Below are positions 15,029 to 28,150 of a stretch of 64,000 nt of DNA, one piece after another. A model generated the notes under the pieces. It did no database searches, was not told the origin of the DNA, and saw only the letters and a list, made by a program, of their open reading frames with translations. Position 1 is the first letter of the stretch. Every line of letters starts with the position of its first letter. The position numbers and the translations under genes were made by a program. Origin of the DNA: Chrysomallon squamiferum (lineage: Eukaryota > Animalia > Mollusca); assembly GCA_012295275.1 (NCBI GenBank), contig CM022679.1, forward strand, positions 17,360,001-17,424,000. Reading direction: 5' to 3'.

Positions 15029-16720
15029 ATGTAGTGTGCCTATGTTTATAACATCTACGCACTGGTATATATTTTAATCACTTTTTTTTACCAACTTCAA
15101 GAAAATATTTATTTAAATGATAAAATATTTCAGTACCATGTCAGCCACATTTTATACAAAAACTAGCAACATACTTAGATACAAATATATAGATATAAAA
15201 TAATGCTGGAGATACCTAATCACGTAATAATTAAGCCAGGGAATACACAGTCATTGTATATCAGACGCAGATACAGTAACATATACGAGATTCGCCGTCT
15301 GTTTAACTGTAAAATAATTACATGAGCCGACTACAAGGCCAGTCCCAAAAGTGACACATGCTGAAAGTGTAAATAGTCCTGTAACTTTCTTTGAAGATTA
15401 TCAGATAGCGAGTAAACGTTGATGATATGTTTGAATTCGCAAATATATTTTAACATGATTTGTTTTTGATGGTAATGACTGAATTGTATATGTATAATAA
15501 ATAATATTAATAATAAAACAAAATAAAATAGAATGAACTAAAAGAAAAGAAAAGAAAAGAAAAGAAAAAAGAAAGAAATAAAAGAAAAGAAAGAAAGAGA
15601 GAAGAAAAGGTTTCTGCTCCCACCTTCAAACATATATAGAGACTTACATAAATTTATGTGTAATACCTATTACAAAGTCCCATCTGCACTCGCTGTATTA
15701 CTGTAAGTCTATGATACTGGGTGTGTAATTTATTGTTCAACTGAATATATTAAGTTCAAGCATGATGTGTATAAAAAAACAAAAGTTAGTAAAACTGAAA
15801 CCAAGTATTATTATGCTAATACTAACTTATTTATTTTTAAATATTCATCTGGAACATTCTCGTATTAATTTATTACAAATCTCTGTGATGAGGAAAAAAA
15901 AAAAAAAAAAAAACCGCAAGAAAATAAAAGCCTATTTATAACCATTGCTGAAACCATCGACTGATAAAACAGAGCTTCACTCTTATTATTAAGAAAAATA
16001 TTCCAATACATCACGCTAAGCCTCCCTAAACAAACATAAAATAATAATAATAATAACAAAAAATAAATAAGTAAAATAATAATATTAGCTAATCAACCAA
16101 ACAAATATTATTTAAAATAAATAAAAATAAACAAAATTTTAAATTATTAATAAATAAATAAATAAATAAATAAAACCAAACATCCCCACAAAAATAATAA
16201 ATAGATAAATAAAATAATAAAAAATAAAAAAAAAATAAAAAAAATACCAACAAAAACAATAACAACAACAACAAACAAACAAAACAAACAAACAAATAAC
16301 AAAAGTAACCCAACCTCAAAGACAAATACAAACAAGCAAAGTATCCAGCAAAGAGTGAAAAGAAGCAGCCTGCACACTGCGACACTGCATTCGCGTGTAC
16401 CCATCTTACTCTGACACAACAATTCATGTGTATCTCCTGTAGAATGAAGGCAGTTTTCCAGTACCATTTGTTATTCTGTACAAGAATGACGAGAGAAATT
16501 CATGTGTTTTAATCATCGCTTTCAAAAAATACGATTTACTAGTAAAAATGTGACGACAAATTCTTTTCTCTTTTGTTTAGCTCACCATTGCTAGTTTATT
16601 TATTATTACTTGTTTAGTTGTCTGAGTGATCATTTATTATTTGTCTTGTTTTGTTTTTCTTCTTTTTTGTTGTTGTTTAAATTTTATTTACTATGTTTTA
16701 TTTTAATTTTACTTTAATAA

Positions 16721-16755
<35 letters not shown>

Positions 16756-17547
16756 TTATTTTTTTTCTGTCTGTTTACTGTTTTATTTATTTTGTGTATA
16801 TATTTTTAATAACTATTTCATGATTTTAAAAATGTATTTGTTGGTTTGTTTGTTTAGCTTTTGTCTGCTTGGTTATTTGTTTTGTTTTGAAATATATCCA
16901 AGATACATCATATTATAGTATTCTGCACAAGAATTCAAATTATTTATATTCGAGAACATAGTATTATTTACTTAATTTGTCAATTTTGCTTCCAGTAAAC
17001 ATAAAACTTTATTAATACTCTTTTTATTCTTTTTTACCCCCTTATTTCCTTTCATTTCAACATTTCCTCGACTTTATTCATTTTTTAAATTTGAAAAAAG
17101 AAGCCTTTCAATGACGGAAATTCAGCATTGCAGGCGACGCTGACCCAGTCAAGGTGTTTGTAAGGTTATATCTGCTCGCTGCGATTCGCTGATTACAGGT
17201 TACGGTGTACAAGCAGCTGAAAACAATGACCGATAAGACGCTGTCGTGATTCCAGCTCACAGTAGTGACACCTGATAGACATCAAGATGAGATAACTGCG
17301 TGTGGAATTCTCACCGATACCCAAAGAGCCGTAATTAAAGAGTTTGAAGTCACGTAACTCCTATGTGTGAAAGAAAGTACAGAAAGAATAAAGTGATAGT
17401 TAGTGTTTTCTAATGAAATTTTGTGAATGTGTAAACAGTTTTAAATCCTGTAGATTTACCGCCACAGCTCCTCTCTTTTCATCGCTTTGTTCTTATTTAA
17501 ATATATCTGTCTGTGTGTGTATCAACACCTATCTATCTATCTACCTA

Positions 17548-17593
<46 letters not shown>

Positions 17594-18193
17594 GACACAC
17601 ACACAAATATATGCACGTATACAAAAAAAAAGACAAACGATAACACACACAGACGTGCAAACTGAAAGACACATTCATATATACACATTATAAATGTTTA
17701 CGCACAATATATAACTGTCTTGAATGTGTTTTTGTTTATGAGAAGAAAGTATGCGTGTGTATGAGTACGTATGTAAGTGCTTGTGTATGTATGAGAGTGT
17801 GTGTGTGTGTGTGTGTGTGTGCATGTGTGTGTATATGTGTGTGTGTGCGTGTTTGGTGTTTTTGAAAGAGAGAGAAACCAAAAAATGTTATAGCTTATGT
17901 TTTCATTTCATATATGGCGTTTTACCAGTTGTTAACATGAAAAGCCGCAAATTGACATACACGAGTAGAAAATGCATGTGTGCATCTAGGCTGTTGTCAC
18001 CTCCAGCATCAATCAAGGGGTTAGCTTTCAAGGCGTTATATTAGTTTTCAAATGTCACCTATTGTTTTTGAGTTTAACAGAAAGACGTAATGCCACCCAT
18101 CAACTGTTTTAAATATAATGGAATAGGTCCGGCACAGTTCACACTGCTCATGTTTACTTCACGGATTCCATTCAACCGCTGGTATCGTACCGA

Positions 18194-18225
18194 CCAATCG
18201 ATACAGCGTAGCACAGTCACGTGAC
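18194..18225 (+). promoter_or_regulatory. Candidate proximal promoter: CCAAT box (18194-18198) and palindromic E-box GTCACGTGAC (18216-18225)
   Basis: Both motifs are seen directly ~350-385 bp upstream of the ATG, in a locally CpG-richer patch. The TSS is unknown. Confidence 0.5.
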
Positions 18226-18409
18226 GGGCGCTTTCACAATACATACGCATGTTTTCGCTTCCGACTTCTTGTTTAGATAGGAGGGCTGTTACTAGTTACA
18301 GTTAGAGACCGGTCGAGGTGTTGTTGTTATTATTTTTTAACTTTGTTTTTCAGCGTGTTTTCGAGTGTTCCTTCTTTTGATTAGCAGAGTAGTCTTATAT
18401 AATTTAGTC

Positions 18410-19208
<799 letters not shown>

Positions 19209-20929
19209 TAAGATGACACCTTTATATCCAGTTACCGTACTTAAAATCATCTTCTTGTAGAAGATATAAATGAAATGGCCCTATAATTCATACACAGCTT
19301 GAGAAATTCAAGTTTTAAGATTTGCCACTTTAGATTTGAGATTAAATTGTATTAAAATAATCATAAAACAAATAAATACAAACATAAATTAATAATAATA
19401 ATTATTATTCGTATTATTATTATGTCAACGAGGTTGATGCCTGAATGGAGTGAAATTTTAGCTGTTGATTTTAACAAAGAATAAACTTTAATGACTAAGC
19501 TGAAAACAACGTATTAATACTGTTTAAAATGGAGAGCTTAACATCGATTGAAATTATTCAAACATTTCAATATTTTCAAGTGTTGTCATCTGGGATTACG
19601 TTTTGGCGAATCGTTAAATATTCTGAATTAACACATTCATAGAGCCTGAGGTATAAAAATAAAGACATATACATATAATAACACAAATATGAATTCAGAT
19701 ATGCACTTAGCTACTCTGTCTCTATGTGTGTATGTGTCTCTGTGTCTGGCGTCTGTTTGTCAGATTGTCTTTCTTTCCTTCACACACTAAAATATCATCG
19801 GTTAGATGTCAGACTTAAGGAATAACTCATTATCTGTATAAAACTTTCTTTCCACTACACTTTATTCCTTAATAAATTATATTTTTGCTTCAATGACGCC
19901 ATAACATCAGAAAATTGTTTTAAAGGTATTTTCTCTGTTAAACATCTTTTATGAGTTGCACGTTCTATTTCTTTTGTTACTCTAGTGTTTTGCAGTATTT
20001 TTCATATCCACATCGTAATAAAAATAAAAACATTTCCAAAAACGACTAATTAGGCATAAAAGGACAATCGTATCCTTATAGCAGTTTGCCTACAACTGCT
20101 TTTATTGGGAAAGCAACACACTTGGTGAGATAACTAGAATAATTTAATACTCGATATTTTAGTTTTTAATTTTGACCTGCGGCAGACTGGAAGATTGTTC
20201 GCCGTGAAGTTGTTTGAATCACCTACAAGTCATATTAGATTTCTGTGTGTATAATAACGTATATTAACGTTTATGTTATACAGCCTTCTAGCCGTGTAAC
20301 GTATGTATAATTATTGTAATAAATGATGAATATATTAAACTATTATTCCTTACAAATATCAAGGTATTTTTGAAATTATTACACTATTTTACTGGTTATC
20401 ACGTGTATACATTTATTACTTGTCAATACGTAATTATAAAGACATAACATTGTGCTTAACTTATATTAATGGTCATACTGAAATTTAACAAGACAAATTT
20501 TCATGAAACGTATATCTTTTGTAAAAAAAGATCCGGATTATTATACATTAGCTGGTAAGATAAGAAATGTAAAATAATTTTACACAGAGGTAACAAGCCT
20601 TCATTCAAATAATAAATCAGTTGATAAACGTGTTTTAGCTTTAACAAAAATATATTAGCCAGTTTTTGAGAGGTTTCCCTCGAGTTCAAGTGTATTTATC
20701 GCTTCATGACAAAACTAACGAATGGAAAATTTGTCGTTTGTTATCAGTGTGTTGCTCGATATCATTTGTTTGCCTGGAGCGTGTTTTTTTTACAAATACC
20801 ACAGAGCTAAACTAAACGAGCGACCGTATACGGAGACGAATCATAACAGATGATGTTTAACAGTCCAAGCAGACGACAACCAATTTCCAAACGTAAGACT
20901 GGTTCAGCGAACTGACGTCAGATCGATAC

Positions 20930-21379
20930 ACAGAACACTGGTAGAGAGAAACATATCATAAACCAAAGACAGTTAGAGAGAACACACTACGCAGCTTGAG
21001 AGAAACACATCATAAACTTGTGAGAAAAATATCAAACTGCTTGAGAATGTTAGAGTACAAATTTTACACTGGCGTAAAATTGCTAGATATTTATTACACT
21101 GCTTGATATTCTAAGAGAAAAATATTACACTTCTAGAGAAATCTAGAGGAAATAAAACAATATTATATACTGGAAACTGCTAGTGAAAATTATTATTTTG
21201 CTATAGGCCTATATTCTAGAACTTAATTAAGCTTTAGAAAATGAAGCATTACACCTGCTAGAAATAGTGAAGAAAATTATTACATTGCTAGATAACTTAA
21301 CAGAAAAGTATTACATGCGCTGGTGACTGACAGAAAAAACTACTCTGATAGAAATGCCTAGATAAAAGTATTATTTTAT

Positions 21380-21458
<79 letters not shown>

Positions 21459-21523
21459 AGAGAGGATGAGAGAGAGATAGAAGATAATGAGAGAGAGAGG
21501 ATAAGAGAGAGATAGAGAGAAGA

Positions 21524-21616
<93 letters not shown>

Positions 21617-21745
21617 ATAGCTAGATACAAAGCTAGATATGCATACAGAAAAATATTACAGAATATCTGAATTAGAGAAAATAAATGTGGAACTGTTGAG
21701 AGAACTATTTCACTGCTAGAGAGAAAACTTATTAGTACTGATTTA
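20930..21745. repeat. Degenerate tandem repeat (core ~agaaaatattacactgctaga) interrupted by a long (GA)n tract at 21381-21613
   Basis: Recurring ttacactg/gctaga/gagaaa motifs at ~25-35 bp spacing on both sides of the GA tract. Confidence 0.65.
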
Positions 21746-22130
21746 GAGGGTGAAGTAAATTTAGGTAGAGAGAAAAAGAATAATCAGTGATATTATTTTT
21801 ATTGAGGCGGAATGTTTCATAAATAAATAAATAAAAATATGGTAGTATTAATATTAACTAAATGAAGGTAACAATTACGTCAAAGAGATTTTATTAAATT
21901 ATTATTATTATTTTTTTCCAATTGAGAAAATATAGTCCACGTTAATTATTCTAGGTATAATAAAACATTGAATTCAGTGGATACAAAGTTCAAATTGTAT
22001 ATGAATATGAATATCAGTTTTTTGTTTTTCATTTCTACTGGTATATATCATAGGGCAAAACATTTACCATTTTCATTTTTTATTAATCATTAATCAGTTA
22101 TTTAGAATGATTTGAATTTATTCACTATAA

Positions 22131-22161
<31 letters not shown>

Positions 22162-22525
22162 GTTATTATTATGTCTTCAGATTCATCATTATTAGTGTTA
22201 ATTTTTGTTTTTATTTTTTGTTTTATTGATTATATCTAGCTATTTATCCACATCATATTTATTAATGATATAAGTCGTTAAATACGTATTGAAAACAGAA
22301 CCTATTATAAATTAGGTACAAAGGAATGCAATAAAACGACATATTAATTTTCACCATGTACGCAGGCGTAAATTAAATATTAATTTTCGAGAACATAGAA
22401 AGGTAATTATTCTTTAATTTAAATTTAAGAAGAAGGGAAATTTACATTAAAATGTTGAATGTAAATGACTTGAAATAAAAATCGATCAGACGAATTTAAA
22501 ATAAGTTAAAAGGAAAGTAGACACT

Positions 22526-22860
22526 GCAGATGACGACGTTAATGAATTCAGCATGTTTAGGTTTACTGATAACCGACATCTTTGTTTGAATATCAGGCGT
22601 GATTTCAGCTAAATCTGAAAATTAAACACTCATAGAAAGGAGAACGAAAGAATGAAAGAGAGAGAAGAGAGTTTTGTTGTTTGTTTTGTTTTTTAAAAAG
22701 AAGGAAATTAGAATTAAAAAAAGGAATATAAAATGTGATTATTTTTGTTTTTATTGTTATCAGTCCAGTACCTTTATTGTTTTAGTTGATGATGATAATA
22801 TTTTTATCAGTTAGATACCGAAAAATAATTTAGAAAAATCAGTAAACAACAACAGTTATA
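22526..22860 (+). repeat. Left arm of long intronic inverted repeat (partner 34899-35208)
   Basis: gcagatgacgacgttaatgaattcagcatgtttaggtttactgataaccgacatctttgttt... through ...aaatcagtaaacaacaacagttata matches the reverse complement of 34899-35208 with few substitutions and indels. Confidence 0.93.
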
Positions 22861-22864
22861 ATAA

Positions 22865-22895
<31 letters not shown>

Positions 22896-23601
22896 AATAA
22901 TAATTAAATAAATAAATGATTTTATCCATATTACAATCAGTGGGTACTTAAAACATTGACTGACAGAGTGTTCTGAGAAATATTTCGTGACAGGTCGACA
23001 CAAACAGATGAAAGTTTGTTTACTGACTGCGATAAGACCCCGAACTCGAGACCGAGCCGCTGATAACCTCGGTTTCCATTCTGGAGACTTCACTTTATTT
23101 AAAACCTAATACTTGATTATTATTCAATTATGGTGGAGTTTCTGTCGATCGGCAGTCGAAGCTCTGTTTTCAAGTGGTTTATACGTAAGTAATGTCGTTT
23201 GAAAGAACAAAATCGCTGTGTCTGCTTCGGGCCGCATGCTCGGCTCCTTCGTAACAGTCTTTGAAATCTTTATGTTCACTTCAAAGACAAGAAAACGCGG
23301 GGTTTGTTGTTCGCACCAAAGTGTCAGTCTCTTTTTACGAGAGGACGGTTAATTGAAAACAACAAAACGGCGGGGAAAATGATTAACTGTTATTAATGAG
23401 AAAACGATGCTGAATCCTTTATATTTATTTATTGAGGAGAAGAATTTGCAAGGTGGTACTTTTTGTACGATAGAAGGGCCATTAAAAGAAGTAAAAACAA
23501 GAAGAAGAAAAACCCAACATTAATATATTTAAACCTGCTCTGATGAATGACTGTAATAGACCTTACTCTGTCGTGTCCGGGTCGGCGGCTTATTAAGGAG
23601 A

Positions 23602-23687
23602 ATATACTAATTTCAAATTAACTTATTGAGTATATTCTAATTTCAGATTAACTTATTCAGTATATTCTAATTTCAAATTAACTTATT
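23602..23687. repeat. 30 bp tandem repeat, ~3 copies (tttcaaattaacttattgagtatattctaa)
   Basis: Seen directly. Confidence 0.9.
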
Positions 23688-26600
23688 TATGTTTGTCTTA
23701 TTTAAAACCAGAAGTATATTAAAACTGAGATGATTTTTAAAATATCTCATTTGCATAGAAATAATGACCATTTTACATTAAATTACATGATGGCTTTCGA
23801 TGAATACTGTAATTTCCACAACAATGGAATATGGAAATTACGAAATTTACTTTCAAGTTAGTTAAGATAGTTAAAGATATTATAGGTATACATTAAAATA
23901 GCTACAGATATTATTTTAGGCACACCATAAAACACATAAATTATAAGTACACTCTAAAACTAAAGATATTATGATACAATTAAAACTATTATATTATATC
24001 CATATATATGTGTGTGTATGTATCATTTTACATATTTATAAGGCAGCACGACATTAGAACCAGTGGTCAGGGACAAATTATTGTATTCGACTTGTTTGCC
24101 TGTTATGTCAAGGTGCAGCCCAATTCTAGCTGATTGAAGAGACTAGCAGTTTTGTTGACAAGATCATAATAGCTGTCACAGACAAGTATTCTTGTCCTAC
24201 AGCTTTTATTAACTGTTCATAAATCCCCCTTTTAAACACTGCTGCCATATCTGAATGGCTGTTTTGAAAAGAACAACTCCAGCGGACTGGATAGTAGCGA
24301 GGGGGTGAATTACAAATGACTTACTCACGTGAAAGAAGATATAGGTACGTTCACGGGTCACTAGTGATTTTGCATAAGTCAGTGTATTTCTTTCTTTACG
24401 TTCACAGAATACGTTTTTTATATTGACGTATATTAAATGTCACTCTAAATTAAACTAAGCAAACAAATTATCACTCCACTGTAGGAACCTATCTACCTAA
24501 TCCTCTAGGACGTATCTTTCATTCAGATTCAGTTTGGGCGTACATATGTTAAGCATTGTATGATGTTTATGGATAAGATTAAGCGACATTTTCCGAATGC
24601 AAACTTTGTGTAGTATGCATGGGTGTGTCTTGTTGATATGTGAGACAAAATTTTTTGGCAGTTATCGATCTGATTATAATCTTCATTGTTTTTGTTTAAT
24701 ACATCTGCATAGCTGAGAGCATTCATTTTACATGCATTTAAAAAATGCATTCCATGGCTGTCTTTAGCTTAATATGTCTGAAATTGCTTTAATTACAAAA
24801 AAAGATAAAGGTGCAAATGGTGGTAATGAAAAAAAATTGTTTATTTTTGAAAATTATGCTGCCAATTTTCCTCTTTAATTCAAAGACGATCTCATGGTGT
24901 AAATGGATGTATTCAACACATAAAACAATTTACTTTTGGCATATAAGACTGTATAAATGGATGTATTAAATTCAGTACAAATGGATGCAGTTAACATATA
25001 CAATTCTGTATAAATGGATATCGCTAACTTAAAAGAATATGAATAAAACGAACAGCCAATACTCTATACAGTCAGTCGTGCCCTTCTAGGAGATTCAAAT
25101 GTTTGCAGTCGCTTCACTTTACTTTTCTTAGCCTTGACGCGTGCCGCTCTGACGGAGACTAAGCCTTTTGTTTGATGTCCGGATGTCTTAAAATCTACAC
25201 AGATTTCCATTCAATATTCCATTTTCTTATCGCTTATGCTAAGCACCAGTTATTTGAAATTAACATTAATGAATGATTTTGTTTGCATATTTATATTCAG
25301 ATATATTTATTTCTCATTTTTCATTGTCACTTGCTTTAAATTTATTAAAACTTTTTATTCATGCTGTGAAATTCACGAAAACACACATGCAAAAAAAAAA
25401 AAAAAAAAAGGTGTAAAGAAATAATATGTCAAGAAATAATATTTATTTTTAAACTACCTTACAAGAAATTTGTGAAGAATAAAGATGACTGCTTTACCAG
25501 GGCTAAAGGATTCGCTAATAGGATGGTCTGGAATGTTTTGAAAATTAGTTTAATTTTGTCTCCTAGCCGTTCAGTTATAGTCTGACCATCAGACTGAGAT
25601 AAGCAAATTCTCCATTTACCTTTGATAGCCAAGTTTTGAATACAATTACTTAAGATTACTTAAAAGCCTGCCGCCAGAGTTTTGTTAATATCATTTTACA
25701 GTTAATATACGATTGAAATTGTTGTGAAGGCTTCCACATAATGTCAGAACATACACCGTGATATGTATGAAAGTCTAAGTGTAGGGGATGTTAGAAATCA
25801 TCTTCAACATGTCATACAAGTGTATATAGGCCTATTGTTCAGCTTGGTGACCTTTGAAACTACCTAGGCTGTTTATTCTTTTCTTCAACATAGTGCTCGA
25901 GTATAATTTCCGAAATAATAATAATAATAATAAAGAAGAAGAAGACGTAAAAAATTTTGTTTAAATTCAGAATGCGTATACATTATCTAACGTAAAACAG
26001 TTCTTTCTCCTTTCTTCGCAAAAGTGAACACGTGACGTTTATGAATCTGGCGCCAGTTCCTGACTTCATTTACGCTTCAGACAAGTAACGGATCAAAGAC
26101 AATGCAAAAGCGAAGATAAAATGCAGAAAGAAAAATAACTAATACAGTCAATACACGACACTTCATTTTGGCAGAGATGGGTGACAGTTTTGGCACCGGC
26201 TCCAAAGTAATGTGATATTACCTTCTATAAATCACAGGTAATCGCGGTAATTTTGTTAGTAAACACGGAATGACCTAATCATCGACACAGCAGTAATTCG
26301 TGCACATTACGTACTGCAATTCTCGCCTGTTTATGTGTGTTAAAGTTACAACACTATTAAGTCTTCTTGATTCTTCCTGCTTAATGTTCGTTTACAGCCA
26401 ACTTAATCTGCCGCGTAACGTACTTTCCTCCTCATCTGGAAAGTATTATTCTCTTCTAGCCGCAATTCTCAGCGCGTGAAGACATCACGACCGAATCAAT
26501 ATATCATAGCGCGTGCAGCTTCCCGGGGTACCTTTCTGGTAATAAAAAGAAAACAACATTAAATGCTAATCACCCTTTGGTAATGTCACATTAATATCAT

Positions 26601-27238
26601 CGGGCATGTGGCGGCGGGCCTGAGAATCGGGTTGGTATTTTGCGAAAATGTGATTCGTTTGGAAATGAATGTATTTGCGTTAGGAGATAAAAGCTAATTC
26701 ATTAAATGAAGGTATTCGGTATCATTAAAGCCACCATGTTGACAGAGCTCTGTAGCAAATTGTCCATTTTATTTCAATTTGTTTCATACTGTTTGCAGGA
26801 CTTTTGATGACAGGTGCCCTATTTGAAGCGAAGGTCCGCAGAGCTGAAAGTTTGCATTTCCACTTTAAAGAGAAGGGATTGATGTTGTAATCCTCGTTAA
26901 TTGCAGCATTAAACAACTGAAGTAATCCTTTCTTCTTTTTCTTTCTTATTTTATTCATACTTTTTTTTTTTTTTTTTTAGTTCTCATATATTCGTAACTT
27001 ACTTCACTTACAGCTTCTTTCTTCTTAATTCTAATATCATTACCCCGAGGTTTATAATTATGTGCAGACGTAATCCTGCGAAATTCTTTTTCAAAATATG
27101 TTTTAACTTTAGGCAGCAGAAATTCACTTATTAAAGAATACAAATGAAAAAACAACAACCACCACAAAAAAATAATAATAAAGAAGAAAAAAAAAATAAA
27201 GAAAGAAATAATAATAATAAAATAAAAATAAAGAAAAA

Positions 27239-27285
<47 letters not shown>

Positions 27286-27301
27286 ATAGACAGATAGATA
27301 A

Positions 27302-27340
<39 letters not shown>

Positions 27341-27702
27341 GAAGAAAGAAACAGTGATAATGAAGAGGAACCTCAAGGTCAGAGCAAATCCTCTAGACCA
27401 TTTCTAATCAGAGAAAAACTGGTATCAGGTTGCCGTGAGATCAATCATCAGCTCTGGCCTGCTGCGCAGTGAGAATGGTGCGAGTTTGCTGCAGTTGGCA
27501 CAAAAGTAATTAACGTTCTATTTCAGCAGCACAGCCTTGGCTAATCAACTCACAGAATCCCTTGAGCTTGTTATCCCTTCACCTGTCGTCTTTGTTGTGA
27601 GGACACTGTCAGAACAGACTGGGCTTAGCATGTAATATTATTAACAGGAAATGATAGATGACATAGTCCAGCTTTATTCAGTCTATGAATACATTCATAT
27701 AC

Positions 27703-27792
27703 ACACACCCACACCCACACCCACACCCACACCCACACCCACATCCACACCCACACCCACACCCACACCCACACACACACACACACACACAC
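27703..27792. repeat. (CACACC)n hexamer merging into (CA)n
   Basis: Seen directly; reads (GGGTGT)n on the minus strand. Confidence 0.92.
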
Positions 27793-27974
27793 ATACATAC
27801 ATAAGTATGTGCTTGTTTTCATGCTTTCGTGCATATGGAAAGTTCAACAGCAAGTTTCACGTAATAATGAAGACAAAGAGAAAGATTTTAAGACAGCCGG
27901 CCATAGACTAACGTTAATTTCCAATGGAGCTGTCATCTCTCTAGATACAGAAACACTTCTCAGGTCAGAATGAT

Positions 27975-28150
27975 GAAGCTGAGTTGTTACACTATTTACA
28001 CGCAAAGTGCGGGTAACCGGGTCAAATCTGTTTTCTGCGGTAATTGGCTTATTCCGGATAACATGCACGTTCCCACAACTGATTTAATCAGAGGCTGTGA
28101 AAATAGAGTTTGATGTGTTTGTAAATCATAAAGCAGATTCTTTGACGAAG
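27975..28150 (+). mobile_element. Degenerate tRNA-head SINE remnant
   Basis: A-box-like aagctgagttgtt and B-box-like gggtcaaatct lie at tRNA-like spacing. They are followed by ccacaactgatttaatcagaggctgtg, which resembles (from memory) the conserved body of molluscan tRNA-SINEs. Not database-verified. Confidence 0.4.

Noticed and set aside
1037-18044. Short ORFs with poly-Y/N/I/L, ER, HT or CV runs (also elsewhere in the window)
   Set aside because: They are microsatellite translations with no coding evidence.
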